This document shows positions 26,129-39,700 of a DNA stretch of 64,000 bases, one piece after another (position 1 is the stretch's first letter; each line of letters starts with the position of its first letter). The position numbers and the translations under genes are program-made. This stretch comes from Dendrobates tinctorius (Eukaryota): assembly GCF_039654945.1 (NCBI RefSeq), contig NW_027361715.1, forward strand, positions 10,292,001 to 10,356,000, given 5' to 3'. The notes under the pieces are model-generated. The model saw only the letters and a list, made by a program, of their open reading frames with translations, was not told where the DNA came from and made no database searches.

Positions 26129-27479
26129 TACACAGTATTCCATGTTTGGGGATAAATAGTTTTCAACCTTGATGGTGCCAAGATGCGACCGTGCAGGCTG
26201 AGAACCACTGGTGAATGAGCTGCTGAGAGCACAGCGTCAGTGACCGGCAGTGACGTTATCGAGGTTACAGCCGGTCACTGAGGCTGCGTTCCCAGCCGGG
26301 CTGAACTACGATGACCTCAGCACCGTGGGAAAAAGTCAGTGATGAGGTCACCACAGTTTAAGCTCAGTGACTTCACCGCAGATCGCGGTGAGAAATGTGG
26401 ACTGCTTCTCAGTCGCTGGTGCATGTCACACGGATGACATCCCAGTGTGTCATCTGTGTGCGCATGTGCGGGATGTTTGGCGGCCCGTGTTGCTGGTAAA
26501 AAACGGGCATGTCATCGTGTTTTTCCCACTGACGCACGGTTCGTGGAGACATGCTGACATGTGCACAGAGTCATTCACTTGAAGGTGTCTGCCTGTGTAA
26601 GTGTCTCCGCTACGTATGAAAACTGTCACCACACGTACCGGACATGGCCGTGTGAAAGAGGCCTTACTATAAGGTTCACATCTGCAGTTGATCAGAACTA
26701 CCAGCTAATACCCTGTAGGGCTCGACGGACCTTATCCTCTTTATAGGGGTCTGTTGGTCTCCATCATGGTGTTTGGCATGTTATTAATATCATCAGTTAT
26801 GGAGCCTCCAACGCAGATGCGGACTTGGCGAACTGTGCTCAACCACTCATCGTTTCTTTTCTACGTATGTCTCCGTAGTGCCCAGTCATGCCATTTTTTA
26901 TCTTTCTTGAACACTTGTCATGTTCTCCTGCAGCTGATCTGCAAACATAGACAGATAACTCCTACATGAAAGGGTTCCAACCATTCCATAAATGATGTGG
27001 AGCAGGATATAGATGTACACATATAATTGTGCGTGAACTGACAACTTGCAGAAACATTATTACAGCACTTAGAGCTATTTTTTATTCCTCTATGGGAAGG
27101 AATGGAGTTTCCAATTTATCAATCACTTAGGAACTACCATAACCCCTTACTGCCAGCTGATGGAATAGTACATCAGCTGGCAGTATCCCCCGCTTTAAGG
27201 TGGGCTCCGGCAGTGATCCCACCTCAAAGCCGGGACATGTATTGCCAATTTTCCTTTAAAAAACAATTTGTGTAGGCAATAACCTGATTTAAACAAATAG
27301 ATGGTTTTTTCATGATATCTTCCTGTAAAGTTGACCGCTAAGGCCCTTTTCCTCAGGGCAATGATGGGCTGCGCAGGCATGCAGACAAGCACTTACTCTC
27401 CATCAGGCCAGCATTCACACTACAGCTCTGACTCTACATCAGGACTATATAGTAATTGTGTGTCTCCTTTCTTCTCCAG

Positions 27480-27600
27480 GTTAATTGCCTAATAATGTAA
27501 TCATGCTGAATATCCCCTTCGGAGGATTCGCTCCGCCATGGCTTGGCTCCTGACGTAAGCAGCCCTTAATGAAGCTCTCCTAACCGTTAAGGCTATCAAT
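27480..27600 (+). other. CHD9: 5' UTR part of the CHD9 first coding exon, containing four short upstream ORFs
   Basis: Acceptor AG at 27478-27479. Upstream ATGs at 27495, 27503, 27538 and 27569 all stop before 27601. Confidence 0.75.
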
Positions 27601-29016
27601 ATGACTGATCCCATGATGGATTTTTTCGATGACACCCACCTCTTCGATGAAACGTTGGGTCTGTCTGACGATGCTTTTGCCCACCATGATCCTGTGTCCC
27701 TGGTGGATGAGTTGAACCTGGGAGCAGAGTTTGAACCCCTCCACGTGGACTCCTTAAACCATGTGCAGGACACTCCGACGCACCAAAAACTCAATGAGTT
27801 TGATACGCTTAATCAGTTCGATTCCATCAAGTTGCACCAAGTAAGTCGGTCATACAACAGTCCGGTGGACAGTGTCCTGTCTCCACGGTCACAGTTCAGC
27901 TGCTCTCCAATACATCCTCCGAGCCAAGGCAATGGCATGTTTGCCGACGACGGAAGCCCCATGTGGGGTCACCAAACTGCCACAACGATTCCAAATCAGA
28001 ATGGCTCCCCATTCAGCCAACATCACGGACACTCTCAGACTATGCAGCAAAGTAAAGGATTCATAACCCACCATGATTTTGCCTTGTTTCAGGCCAGCGA
28101 GCAACAGCAGGTCCCAATACAACAGCAGCACAATAGGAACAGTTTGAACACAGGTCAGGAAACTTTGAATCAACCAAAAACGTTCATGGATGTTAATGTG
28201 TCCTTACCCCATAGGACTTCCAATGCCCAGCAGATCCCTCTGGTCAATAACTCCGCTCCACAAGATTCTTTGCCTTTACAACAGTTTTCTCAATCGACAT
28301 CCACGTCGTTGCGTTTCTGTGGCAATCCAGTGGCGACGCAGCATGACGGCGCGTTTGACAGCCACTCTCCGGCGCCTTGTTCTGTGAATTCTGCACCAAC
28401 CTTCTCTTCTCATTACCCCTTCTCCAACAATCACCTCAACCACGCTACACATTCACTGTCTGATTTCACCGAAAGTCCAGGGTTTTCAGATTTAGGAGGC
28501 AAACAGGCGCCCAGTCCGCATGTTCTGAACCCGAGCGAGCAGCTCCACAGTAATGATTTCCAGATGGTGCATTCGTCACATCCTCAGGGTAACTACAATG
28601 GGACAAAAATGTCCCCCATGACCATTAACTTCCCAACCCAAGACGGTCCCAACGTCCGGCTGAGCCACTTTAACGACCATTTGGAGAGCAATGGCTTTTC
28701 ACCTCTGGAAGACAACCTGCTGCAGCAAGTGGATTCTCAATCGGAGCCGTTTACGGGGCTCGATCCTGTGGATTTGTTGCAAGAAGATCTTTTGCCACAT
28801 TTCGATGATGCAGCGTATTCTCAAGATGGTTCCAGTTCAGAACATGCCGTCCTGAATCACCCTGGCCCAGAGACTCACATTGAGCCACAGCCGATAAATA
28901 TCCCAAATGATCTGCTCAATTCTCAGCCTCAAGGCCAACAGCTGAATACATGGAATCCACTGATGTCCAATCACCTCCACATCCACGACAGGCCATACGT
29001 GCCTTCACGAGGAAAG
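27601..29016 (+). CDS. CHD9: Chromodomain-helicase-DNA-binding protein 9, first coding exon (N-terminal 472 codons); the gene continues beyond the window
   Basis: Translation MTDPMMDFFDD..LF.ETL.GLSDDAF...PVSLVDELNLGAEFEPLH.DSLNHVQ...DGSPMWGHQTATTI.NQNGSPF...HHDFALFQA...EPFTGLDP.DLLQE.LLPHFD matches the vertebrate CHD9 N-terminus as I recall it. Acceptor is polypyrimidine-ttctccAG|G (exon starts 27480). Phase-0 donor AAG|GTAAAT follows 29016. The ORF-track tail VNCIFFN is intron read-through. Confidence 0.95.
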
Positions 29017-30459
29017 GTAAATTGCATTTTTTTTAATTAGATTGCATTTAAAAAAGCCACTTATTTGTCAATAAATAAATACTTGCAATACCGTCCAAAA
29101 TTGTCCTTTTCGTGGACCCCATAAAGAACCGGAGCCACTGCTTTCAGCTAAAGGAACTGCAATTTCAAAAAGTTTGGAATCGTTAATTTGCTGTCTGAAT
29201 TGCTGCCCAAAATGTGTAAAGGTTTACCGTGACTTGTTTTTTTATTAATTTAACACCCTGCTCAGGAGTCCAGTGGGCGGTCCTTTTCAGTAATTGACAG
29301 CTGAGTAGGACTAAAGTGATGCTGCATTTTTCTCCCCAAAATGATATATCAATCGGCTCAGCTCCTCCAGCTCTATATATAACATGCCTGCAGATCAGAT
29401 ACCATGTTCTTTCAAAAAGGACATTTCACCAGTTTGAGAAGGTTAAACTGGCCATGGCATGCGATAGTGACTGCAGAGCTGAACAAAACATAGTTTTTAT
29501 TTTTAATTTCTCATCTCCATTACTAAGTATTAACTTGTAAAGATTAGACGCTAATTTCCCCTTTAAGCAAGTAGTTGTTAGCAGAGTTTCATTAAGAAGA
29601 GAAGATGACCCCATGGAAGGTCTGACCCGGCTTTTATGTAATGAGACACAGCTCTGCTCTCCTCACTGATTCCACTGCTGACACCTCCAGTTATTATCTT
29701 TGCATCAGCAGCTCTCACCCCACAGCACTGTCAGTAGACCAGAGGTGACAATGCTGTAGGATGAACGCTGCAGATGCCATCTTTGCATTCCCATGTGGTT
29801 CCAGAGGAGAACATCCTTTTTACTACATACAGCAATACTAAAAATAGATACTGTATATATTATTTGGTATCACCATGTCCGTAAAAGTTTGATCCATGAA
29901 AATATCAAATTAACCCATACGATAAACGCTGTAAAGAAAAAAAACATTCCCCTTGAACTGGAGTTTTTCCATTATCTTGCATCCTAAAAAAATGCAATAA
30001 AAAAGGTCAAAATGATCAACGTATCCCAAAAATGGTACTTATAAAAACTACATCTCAATTGGAAAATATATCGACTAACACAGCCATCACCTGCCAGCAA
30101 AGATTTTTTTATTTTTCTACCAATGTAGATATATGAGGGTTTGTTTTTTGGCGGAGTAAGTTGTGCTTTGTCAGGAAACCATTTGTTTCACCTTTCAATA
30201 CACCAGAAAACAGAGAAAAAAATCAAAGTGCAACGAAATGATGGAAAAAACAAAACCCAATGTTGCTGGTGTTTTTTGGGCTTCATTGTCATGGCTTTCA
30301 TTACGCAGCAAAAATGACCTGGCAATAATGTTCTTCCAGTAACTACTATGCCAATACCAGACCTGTATCATTCTATTTCTTTAGTGGTTAAAAATAATGT
30401 CCCTGGCTGACCTGCTTGACAGCTCAGATTTTGGGTTTTCCTACCCGCCTGTGACGTGG

Positions 30460-32960
30460 AGGTGTGCTATCCTCCTGTGTGCTGTCCTCCTGTGCTGTCC
30501 TACTGTGTGCTGCCCTCCTGTGCTGTCCTCCTGTGTGCTGTCCTCTGTCCTCCTGTGCTGTCCTCCTGTGTGCTGTCCTCCTGTGCTGTCCTTTTGTGTG
30601 CTGTCCTCTGTCCTCCTGTGTGCTGCCCTCCTGTGCTGTCCTTCCTTGTGTGCTGTCCTCCTGTGCTGTCCTCCTGTGTGCTGTCCTCTGTCCTCCTGTG
30701 CTGTCCTTCCTTGTGTGCTGTCCTCTGTCCTCCTGTGCTGTCCTTCTGTGTGCTGCCCTCCTGTGCTGTCCTTCCTTGTGTGCTGTCCTCCTGTGCTGTC
30801 CTCCTGTTTGCTGTCCTCTGTCCTCCTGTGCTGTCCTTCCTTGTGTGCTGTCCTCTGTCCTCCTGTGCTTTCCTTCTGTGTGCTGTCCTCTGTCCTCCTG
30901 TGTGCTGCCCTCCTGTGCTGTCCTTCCTTGTGTGCTGTCCTCCTGTGCTGTCCTCCTGTGTGCTGTCCTCTGTCCTCCTGTGCTGTCCTTCCTTGTGTGC
31001 TGTCCTCTGTCCTCCTGTGCTGTCCTTCCTTGTGTGCTGTCCTCCTGTGTGCTGTCCTCTGTCCTCCTGTGCTGTCCTTCCTTGTGTGCTGTCCTCCTGT
31101 GCTGTCCTCCTGTGTGCTGTCCTCTGTCCTCCTGTGCTGTCCTTCCTTGTGTGCTGTCCTCCTGTGCTGTCCTCCTGTGTGCTGCCCTCCTGTGTGCTGC
31201 CCTCCTGTGCTGTCCTTCTTTGTGCTGTCCTCTGTCCTCCTGTGTGCTTTCCTCCTGCGCTGTCCTCCTGTGTGCTGTCCTCCTGTGCTGTCCTCCTGTG
31301 TCCTCCAGTGTGCTGTCCTCCTGTGCTGTCCTCCTGTGTGCTGTCCTCCTGTGTGTTGTCCTCCTGTGCTGTGTCCTCCTGTGCTGTGTCCTCCTGTGTG
31401 CTGTCCTCATGTGCTGTCCTCATGTGCTGTCCTCCTGTGTGCTGTCCTCCTGTGTGTTGTCCTCCTGTGCTGTGTCCTCCTGTGCTGTGTCCTCCTGTGT
31501 GCTGTCCTTCTGTGCTGTCCTCCTGTGTGCTGTCCTTCTGTGTGCTGTCCTCTGTCCTCCTGTGTGCTTTCCTCCTGTGCTGTCCTCCTGTGTTCTGTCC
31601 TCCTGTGCTGTCCTCCTGTGTGCTGTCCTCCTGTGTGCTGTTTTCTGTGTGCTGTCCTCCTGTGCTGTCCTCCTGTGTGCTGTCCTCCTGTGTGCTGTCC
31701 TCCTGTGCTGTGTCCTCCTGTGTGCTGTCCTTCTGTGCTGTCCTCCTGTTTGCTGTCCTTCTGTGCTGTCCTCCTGTGTGCTGGCCTCCTGTGTGCTGTC
31801 CTTCTGTGTGCTGTCCCTCTGTGTGCTGTCCTTCTGTGTGCTGTCTCCCTGTGTGCTGTCCTCCTGTGTGCTGTCCTTCTGTGTGCTGTCCTTCTGTGTG
31901 CTGTCTCCCTGTTTGCTGTCCTCCTGTGTGCTGTCCTCCTGTTAACTGTCTTCCTGTGCTGTCCTCCTGTGTGCTGTCCTTCTGTGCTGTCCTCCTGTGC
32001 TGTCCTCCTGTGCGCTGTCCTCCTGTGCTGTCCTCCTGTGTGCTGTCCTCCTGTTTGCTGTCCTCCTGTGTGCTGTCCTCCTGTTTGCTGTCCTTCTGTG
32101 TGCTGTCCTTCTGTGTGCTGTCCTCCTGTGTGCTGTCCTCCTGTGTGCTGTCCTCCTGTTAACTGTCTTCCTGTGCTGTCCTCCTGTGCTGTCCTTCTGT
32201 GCTGTCCTGTGTGCTGTCCTCCTGTGCGCTGTCTTCCTGTGCTGTCCTCCTGTGTGCTGTCCTCCTGTTTGCTGTCCTCCTGTGTGCTGTCCTCCTGTTT
32301 GCTGTCCTCCTGTGTGCTGTCCTTCTGTGTGCTGTCCTCCTGTGTGCTGTCCTCCTGTTTGCTGTCCTCCTGTGTGCTGTGCTCCTGTGCTGTCCTCCTG
32401 TGTGCTGTGCTCCTGTGCTGTCCTCCTGTGTGCTGTGCTCCTGTTTGCTGTCCTCCTGTGTGCTGTCCTCCTGTGTGCTGTCCTCCTGTTTGCTGTCCTC
32501 CTGTGTGCTGTCCTCCTGTGCTGTCCTCCTGTGCTGTCCTCCTGTGTACTGTCCTCCTGTGCTGTCCTCCTGTGTGCTGTCCTCCTGTGTGCTGTCCTCC
32601 TGTGCTGTCCTCCTGTGCTGTCCTCCTGTGTGCTGTCCTCCTGTGCTGTCCTCCTGTGCAGTTCTCCTCTGCAGTTCTCCTGTGCTGTTTTCCTATACTG
32701 TTCTCTTTTGCAGCATTATTTTGTTGTCCTCCTTGTTTTGTCCTCTTTTGATGTCTTCATCTTTTGTTTTCCTGTACTGCCATCCTGTGCTGTCTTTGTG
32801 TTGTCTTCCTGTGCTGTCCTCTTTTGCTGTTTTTTTCACTGTTGCCTTGTACTCCCCTCCTGTGCTGTCTTCCTGTACTATCCTCCTCTTCTGTCCTCCA
32901 GTGAGTTCATTTGCTCTGTCCTCTTTTGCTGCATTTCTGTACTGTCCTCTTGTACATCCT
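30460..32960. repeat. Pyrimidine-rich 13/15-bp minisatellite (TGTGCTGTCCTCC / TGTGTGCTGTCCTCC) decaying at its 3' end
   Basis: Directly visible. The + strand has almost no A over ~2 kb. Confidence 0.95.
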
Positions 32961-33302
32961 CCTGTGCTTTGCTACAGCACTTGTGCCCACCCATGTGCCG
33001 TCTTTCTGTGCTGTGCCCCAGTTCCATCATCTGTACTTCCGTGTGTTACCCCAGTTGCATTAGGCTGCTGGCACCCCTCGATTATCGCTCTGGAGCTGGG
33101 GATAATAAGTGGCAATGCCCTCGTTTTAGCCAGACAGAAAAGCATAGTAGATTAGCCAAAGTAGATTTTGGACTATGAACAGTAGAATAGACCCACTAAA
33201 AGCATTTTAATCCGTGAGTGAAGATGGGATGAATTTTTAATAAAGACTGCTCAGATTCAGTTCACAGGATAACTACTGGAATGAATGTGGAATTAATTGA
33301 TT

Positions 33303-33576
33303 ATATAATAATAATCTTTATTTTTATATAGCGCTAACATATTCCACAGCGCTTTACAGTGTGCACACATTATCATCACTGTCCCCGATGGGGCTCACAA
33401 TCTACATTCCCTATCAGTATGTCTTTGGAATGTGGGAGAAAACTGGAGTAACCGGAGGAAGCCCATGCAAACACGGGGAGAACATACAAACTCCTTGCAG
33501 ATGTTGTCCTTGGTGGGAACCCAGGACTCCAGCGCTGCAAGGCTGCAGCACTAACCACTGAGCCACCGTGCTGCCC
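33303..33576 (-). mobile_element. tRNA-derived V-SINE with a LINE-like tail
   Basis: Minus strand GGGCAGCACGGTGGCTCAGTGGTTAG (A-box-like head), central GGAGTTTGTATGTTCTCCCCGTGT (V-domain-like), 3' end AATAAAGATTATTATT. Confidence 0.8.
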
Positions 33577-33781
33577 GTATATAATAATTTATTATTATAA
33601 CAAAATATAATTCACATTTACCGGTACTTCTTTTATTATTGTTTTTTTTCTGCTGCAATTTTTTTGCTGGTGTGTGTCTGAGCACGATACTTACATACCA
33701 CAAATATGACAGTGACAGGTCATTGGAGACTGCAGTCGATGTCCAACCCTCACATTATACTACCAGTACCAGACTACTGAG

Positions 33782-36700
33782 CTGTGCTCACTGCTGGATG
33801 GTGTCACCTCTGCATTACTGCTCTGAGCGGTGAGAGCGGGGCTGCGGTGGTGAATTCTTCCAGCTCGGTGTCCTGGCATTAGTAGTACAATATAAGGCTG
33901 ATGACCTGTGCTCACTGCTGGATGGTGTCACCTCTGCATTACTGCTCTGAGTGGTGAGAGCGGGGCTGCGGTGGTGACTTCTTCCAGCTCGGTGGCCTGG
34001 CATTAGTAGTACAATATAAGGCTGATGACCTGTGCTCACTGCTGGATGGTGTCACCTCTGCATTACTGCTCTGAGCGGTGAGAGCGGGGCTGCGGTGGTG
34101 ACTTCTTCCAGCTCGGTGCCCTGGCATTAGTAGTACAATATAAGGCTGATGACCTGTGCTCACTGCTGGATGGTGTCACCTCTGCATTACTGCTCTGAGC
34201 GGTGAGAGCAGGGCTGCGGCGGTGACTTTTTCCAGCTCGGTGGCCTGGCATTAGTAGTACAATATAAGGCTGATGACCTGTGCTCACTGCTGGATGGTGT
34301 CACCTCTGCATTACTGCTCTGAGCGGTGAGAGCGGGGCTGCGGTGGTGACTTCTTCCAGCTCGGTGGCCTGGCATTAGTAGTACAATATAAGGCTGATGA
34401 CCTGTGCTCACTGCTGGATGGTGTCACCTCTGCATTACTGCTCTGAGCGGTGAGAGCGGGGCTGCGGTGGTGACATCTTCCAGCTCGGTGGTCTGGCATT
34501 AGTAGTATAATATAAGGCTGATGACCTATGCTCACTGCTGGATGGTGTCACCTCTGCATTACTGCTCTGAGTGGTGAGAGCGGGGCTGCGGCGGTGACTT
34601 CTTCCAGCTCGGTGGCCTGGCATTAGTAGTACAATATAAGGCTGATGACCTGTGCTCACTGCTGGATGGTGTCACCTCTGCATTACTGCTCTGAGCGGTG
34701 AGAGCGGGGCTGCGGTGGTGACTTCTTCCAGCTCGGTGGCCTGGCATTAGTAGTACAATATAAGGCTGATGACCTGTGCTCACTGCTGGATGGTGTCACC
34801 TCTGCATTACTGCACTGAGCGGTGAGAGCGGGGCTGCGGTGGTGACTTCTTCCAGCTCGGTGGCCTGGCATTAGTAGTACAATATAAGGCTGATGACCTG
34901 TGCTCACTGCTGGATGGTGTCACCTCTGCATTACTGCCCTGAGCGGTGAGAGCGGGGCTGCGGTGGTGACTTCTTCCAGCTCGGTGGCCTGGCATTAGTA
35001 GTACAATATAAGGCTGATGACCAGTGCTCACTGCTGGATGGTGTCACCTCTGCATTACTGCTCTGAGCGGTGAGAGCGGGGCTGCGGTGGTGACTTCTTC
35101 CAGCTCGGTGGCCTGGCATTAATAGTACAATATAAGGCTGATGACCTGTGCTCACTGCTGGATGGTGTCTCCTCTGCATTACTGCTCTGAGCGGTGAGAG
35201 CGGGGCTGCGGTGGTGACTTCTTCCAGCTCGGTGGCCTGGCATTAGTAGTACAATATAAGGTTGACGACCTGTGCTCACTGCTGGATGGTGTCACCTCTG
35301 CATTACTGCTCTGAGTGGTGAGAGCGGGGCTGCGGCGGTGACTTCTTCCAGCTCGGTGGCCTGGCATTAGTAGTACAATATAAGGCTGATGACCTGTGCT
35401 CACTGCTGGATGGTGTCACCTCTGCATTACTGCTCTGAGCGGTGAGAGCGGGGCTGCGGTGGTGACATCTTCCAGCTCGGTGGCCTGGCATTAGTAGTAT
35501 AATATAAGGCTGATGACCTATGCTCACTGCTGGATGGTGTCACCTCTGCATTACTGCTCTGAGTGGTGAGAGCGGGTCTGCGGTGGTGACTTCTTCCAGC
35601 TCGGTGGTCTGGCATTAGTAGTACAATATAAGGCTGATGTCCTGTGCTCACTGCTGGATGGTGTCTCCTCTGCATTACTGCTCTGAGCGGTGAGAGCGGG
35701 GCTGCGGTGGTGACTTCTTCCAGCTCGGTGGCCTGGCATTAATAGTACAATATAAGGCTGATGACCTGTGCTCACTGCTGGATGGTGTCACCTCTGCATT
35801 ACTGCTCTGAGCGGTGAGAGCGGGGCTGCGGTGGTGACATCTTCCAGCTCGGTGGCCTGGCATTAGTAGTACAATATAAGGCTGATGACCTATGCTCACT
35901 GCTGGATGGTGTCACCTCTGCATTACTGCTCTGAGCGGTGAGAGCGGGGCTGCGGTGGTGACTTCTTCCAGCTCGGTGGTCTGGCATTAGTAGTACAATA
36001 TAAGGCTGATGTCCTGTGCTCACTGCTGGATGGTGTCTCCTCTGCATTACTGCTCTGAGCGGTGAGAGCGGGGCTGCGGTGGTGACTTCTTCCAGCTCGG
36101 TGGCCTGGCATTAATAGTACAATATAAGGCTGATGACCTGTGCTCACTGCTGGATGGTGTCACCTCTGCATTACTGCTCTGAGCGGTGAGAGCCGGGCTG
36201 CAGTGGTGACTTCTTCCAGCTCGGTGGCCTGGCATTAATAGTACAATATAAGGCTGATGACCTGTGCTCACTGCTGGATGGTGTCTCCTCTGCATTACTG
36301 CTCTGAGCGGTGAGAGCGGGGCTGCAGTGGTGACTTCTTCCAGCTCGGTGGCCTGGCATTAGTAGTACAATATAAGGCTGATGTCCTGTGCTCACTGCTG
36401 GATGGTGTCTCCTCTCCATTACTGCTCTGAGCGGTGAGAGCGGGGCTGCAGTGGTGACTTCTTCCAGCTCGGTGGTCTGGAATTAGTAGTACAATATAAG
36501 GCTGATGACCTGTGCTCACTGCTGGATGGTGTCACCTCTGCATTACTGCTCTGAGCGGTGAGAGCGGGGCTGCGGTGGTGACTTCTTCCAGCTCGGTGGC
36601 CTGGCATTAGTAGTACAATATAAGGCTGATGACCTGTGCTCACTGCTGGATGGTGTCACCTCTGCATTACTGCACTGAGCGGTGAGAGCGGGGCTGCGGT

Positions 36701-39700
36701 GGTGACTTCTTCCAGCTCGGTGGTCTGGAATTAGTAGTACAATATAAGGCTGATGACCTGTGCTCACTGCTGGATGGTGTCACCTCTGCATTACTGCTCT
36801 GAGCGGTAAGAGCGGGGCTGCGGCGGTGACTTCTTCCAGCTCGGTGGTCTGGAATTAGTAGTACAATATAAGGCTGATGACCTGTGCTCACTGCTGGATG
36901 GTGTCTCCTCTGCATTACTGCTCTGAGCGGTGAGAGCGGGGCTGCGGTGGTGACTTCTTCCAGCTCGGTGGCCTGGCATTAATAGTACAATATAAGGCTG
37001 ATGACCTGTGCTCACTGCTGGATGGTGTCACCTCTGCATTACTGCTCTGAGCGGTGAGAGCCGGGCTGCGGTGGTGACTTCTTCCAGCTCGGTGGCCTGG
37101 CATTAATAGTACAATATAAGGCTGATGACCTGTGCTCACTGCTGGATGGTGTCTCCTCTGCATTACTGCTCTGAGCGGTGAGAGCGGGGCTGCAGTGGTG
37201 ACTTCTTCCAGCTCGGTGGCCTGGCATTAGTAGTACAATATAAGGCTGATGTCCTGTGCTCACTGCTGGATGGTGTCTCCTCTCCATTACTGCTCTGAGC
37301 GGTGAGAGCGGGGCTGCAGTGGTGACTTCTTCCAGCTCGGTGGTCTGGAATTAGTAGTACAATATAAGGCTGATGACCTGTGCTCACTGCTGGATGGTGT
37401 CACCTCTGCATTACTGCTCTGAGCGGTGAGAGCGGGGCTGCGGTGGTGACTTCTTCCAGCTCGGTGGTCTGGAATTAGTAGTACAATATAAGGCTGATGA
37501 CCTGTGCTCACTGCTGGATGGTGTCACCTCTGCATTACTGCTCTGAGCGGTAAGAGCGGGGCTGCGGCGGTGACTTCTTCCAGCTCGGTGGTCTGGAATT
37601 AGTAGTACAATATAAGGCTGATGTCCTGTGCTCACTGCTGGATGGTGTCTCCTCTCCATTACTGCTCTGAGCGGTAAGAGCGGGGCTGCGGCGGTGACTT
37701 CTTCCAGCTCGGTGGTCTGGAATTAGTAGTACAATATAAGGCTGATGACCTGTGCTCACTGCTGGATGGTGTCACCTCTGCATTACTGCTCTGAGCGGTA
37801 AGAGCGGGGCTGCGGCGGTGACTTCTTCCAGCTCGGTGGTCTGGAATTAGTAGTACAATATAAGGCTGATGTCCTGTGCTCACTGCTGGATGGTGTCTCC
37901 TCTCCATTACTGCTCTGAGCGGTAAGAGCGGGGCTGCGGTGGTGACTTCTTCCAGCTCGGTGGTCTGGAATTAGTAGTACAATATAAGGCTGATGACCTG
38001 TGCTCACTGCTGGATGGTGTCACCTCTGCATTACTGCTCTGAGCGGTAAGAGCGGGGCTGCGGCGGTGACTTCTTCCAGCTCGGTGGTCTGGCATTAGTA
38101 GTATAATATAAGGCTGATGACCTGTGCTCACTGCTGGATGGTGTCTCCTCTGCATTACTGCTCTGAGCGGTAAGAGCGGGGCTGCGGCGGTGACTTCTTC
38201 CAGCTCGGTGGCCTGGCATTAGTAGTACAATATAAGGCTGATGTCCTGTGCTCACTGCTGGATGGTGTCTCCTCTCCATTACTGCTCTGAGCGGTGAGAG
38301 CGGGGCTGCAGTGGTGACATCTTCCAGCTCGGTGGCCTGGCATTAGTAGTACAATATAAGGCTGACGACCTGTGCTCACTGCTGGATGGTGTCTCCTCTC
38401 CATTACTGCTCTGAGCGGTGAGAGCGGGGCTGCAGTGGTGACATCTTCCAGCTCGGTGGCCTGGCATTAGTAGTACAATATAAGGCTGATGACCTGTGCT
38501 CACTGCTGGATGGTGTCTCCTCTGCATTACTGCTCGGAGCGGTGAGAGCGGGGCTGTGGCAGTGACTTCTTCCAGCTCGGTAGCCTGGCATTAGTAGTAC
38601 AATATAAGGCTGATGACCTGTGCTCACTGCTGGATGGTGTCTCCTCTGCATTACTGCTCTGAGCGGTGAGAGCGGGGCTGCGGTGGTGACATCTTCCAGC
38701 TCGGTGGCCTGGCATTAGTAGTACAATATAAGGCTGATGACCTGTGCTCACTGCTGGATGGTGTCACCTCTGCATTACTGCTCGGAGCGGTGAGAGCGGG
38801 GCTGCGGTGGTGACTTCTTCCAGCTCGGTGGCCTGGCATTAGTAGTACAATATAAGGCTGATGACCTGTGCTCACTGCTGGATGGTGTCTCCTCTGCATT
38901 ACTGCTGTGAGCGGTGAGAGCCGGGCTGCGGTGGTGACTTCTTCCAGCTCGGTGGCCTGGCATTAGTAGTACAATATAAGGCTGATGACCTGTGCTCACT
39001 GCTGGATGGTGTCACCTCTGCATTACTGCTCTGAGCGGTGAGAGCGGGGCTGCGGTGGTGACTTCTTCCAGCTCGGTGGCCTGGCATTAGTAGTACAATA
39101 TAAGGCTGATGACCTGTGCTCACTGCTGGATGGTGTCTCCTCTGCATTACTGCTCTGAGCGGTGAGAGCGGGGCTGCGGCGGTGACTTCTTCCAGCTCGG
39201 TGGCCTGTCATTAGTAGTATAATATAAGGCTGACGACCTGTGCTCACTGCTGGATGGTGTCTCCTCTGCATTACTGCTCTGAGCGGTGAGAGCGGGGCTG
39301 CGGTGGTGACTTCTTCCAGCTCGGTGGCCTGGCATTAGTAGTATAATATAAGGCTGACGACCTGTGCTCACTGCTGGATGGTGTCTCCTCTGCATTACTG
39401 CTCTGAGCGGTGAGAGCCGGGCTGCGGTGGTGACTTCTTCCAGCTCGGTGGCCTGGCATTAGTAGTACAATATAAGGCTGATGACCTGTGCTCACTGCTG
39501 GATGGTGTCTCCTCTGCATTACTGCTCTGAGCGGTGAGAGCGGGGCTGCGGTGGTGACTTCTTCCAGCTCGGTAGCCTGGCATTAGTAGTACAATATAAG
39601 GCTGATGACCTGTGCTCACTGCTGGATGGTGTCTCCTCTGCATTACTGCTCTGAGCGGTGAGAGCGGGGCTGCGGTGGTGACTTCTTCCAGCTCGGTAGC

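Larger units (their letters stand above)
24331..26665. mobile_element. Non-autonomous TIR element (Harbinger-like) hosting the Tc1 insertion
   Basis: TIR-like ends AGGCCTCTTTCCCA / TGTGAAAGAGGCCT. Subterminal gtacgtgtggtgatagttttca mirrors tgaaaactgtcaccacacgtac. Confidence 0.6.

Noticed and set aside
30397-33178. Cys/Pro-rich ORFs (784 aa etc., CCPPV repeats) resembling keratin-associated proteins
   Set aside because: All three + frames are open because the strand lacks A, so stops cannot form. The 13-bp units shift frame constantly and there is no codon-level constraint.
33500-33576. tRNA gene
   Set aside because: It is the tRNA-derived head of a SINE, with a degenerate B box and no complete cloverleaf.
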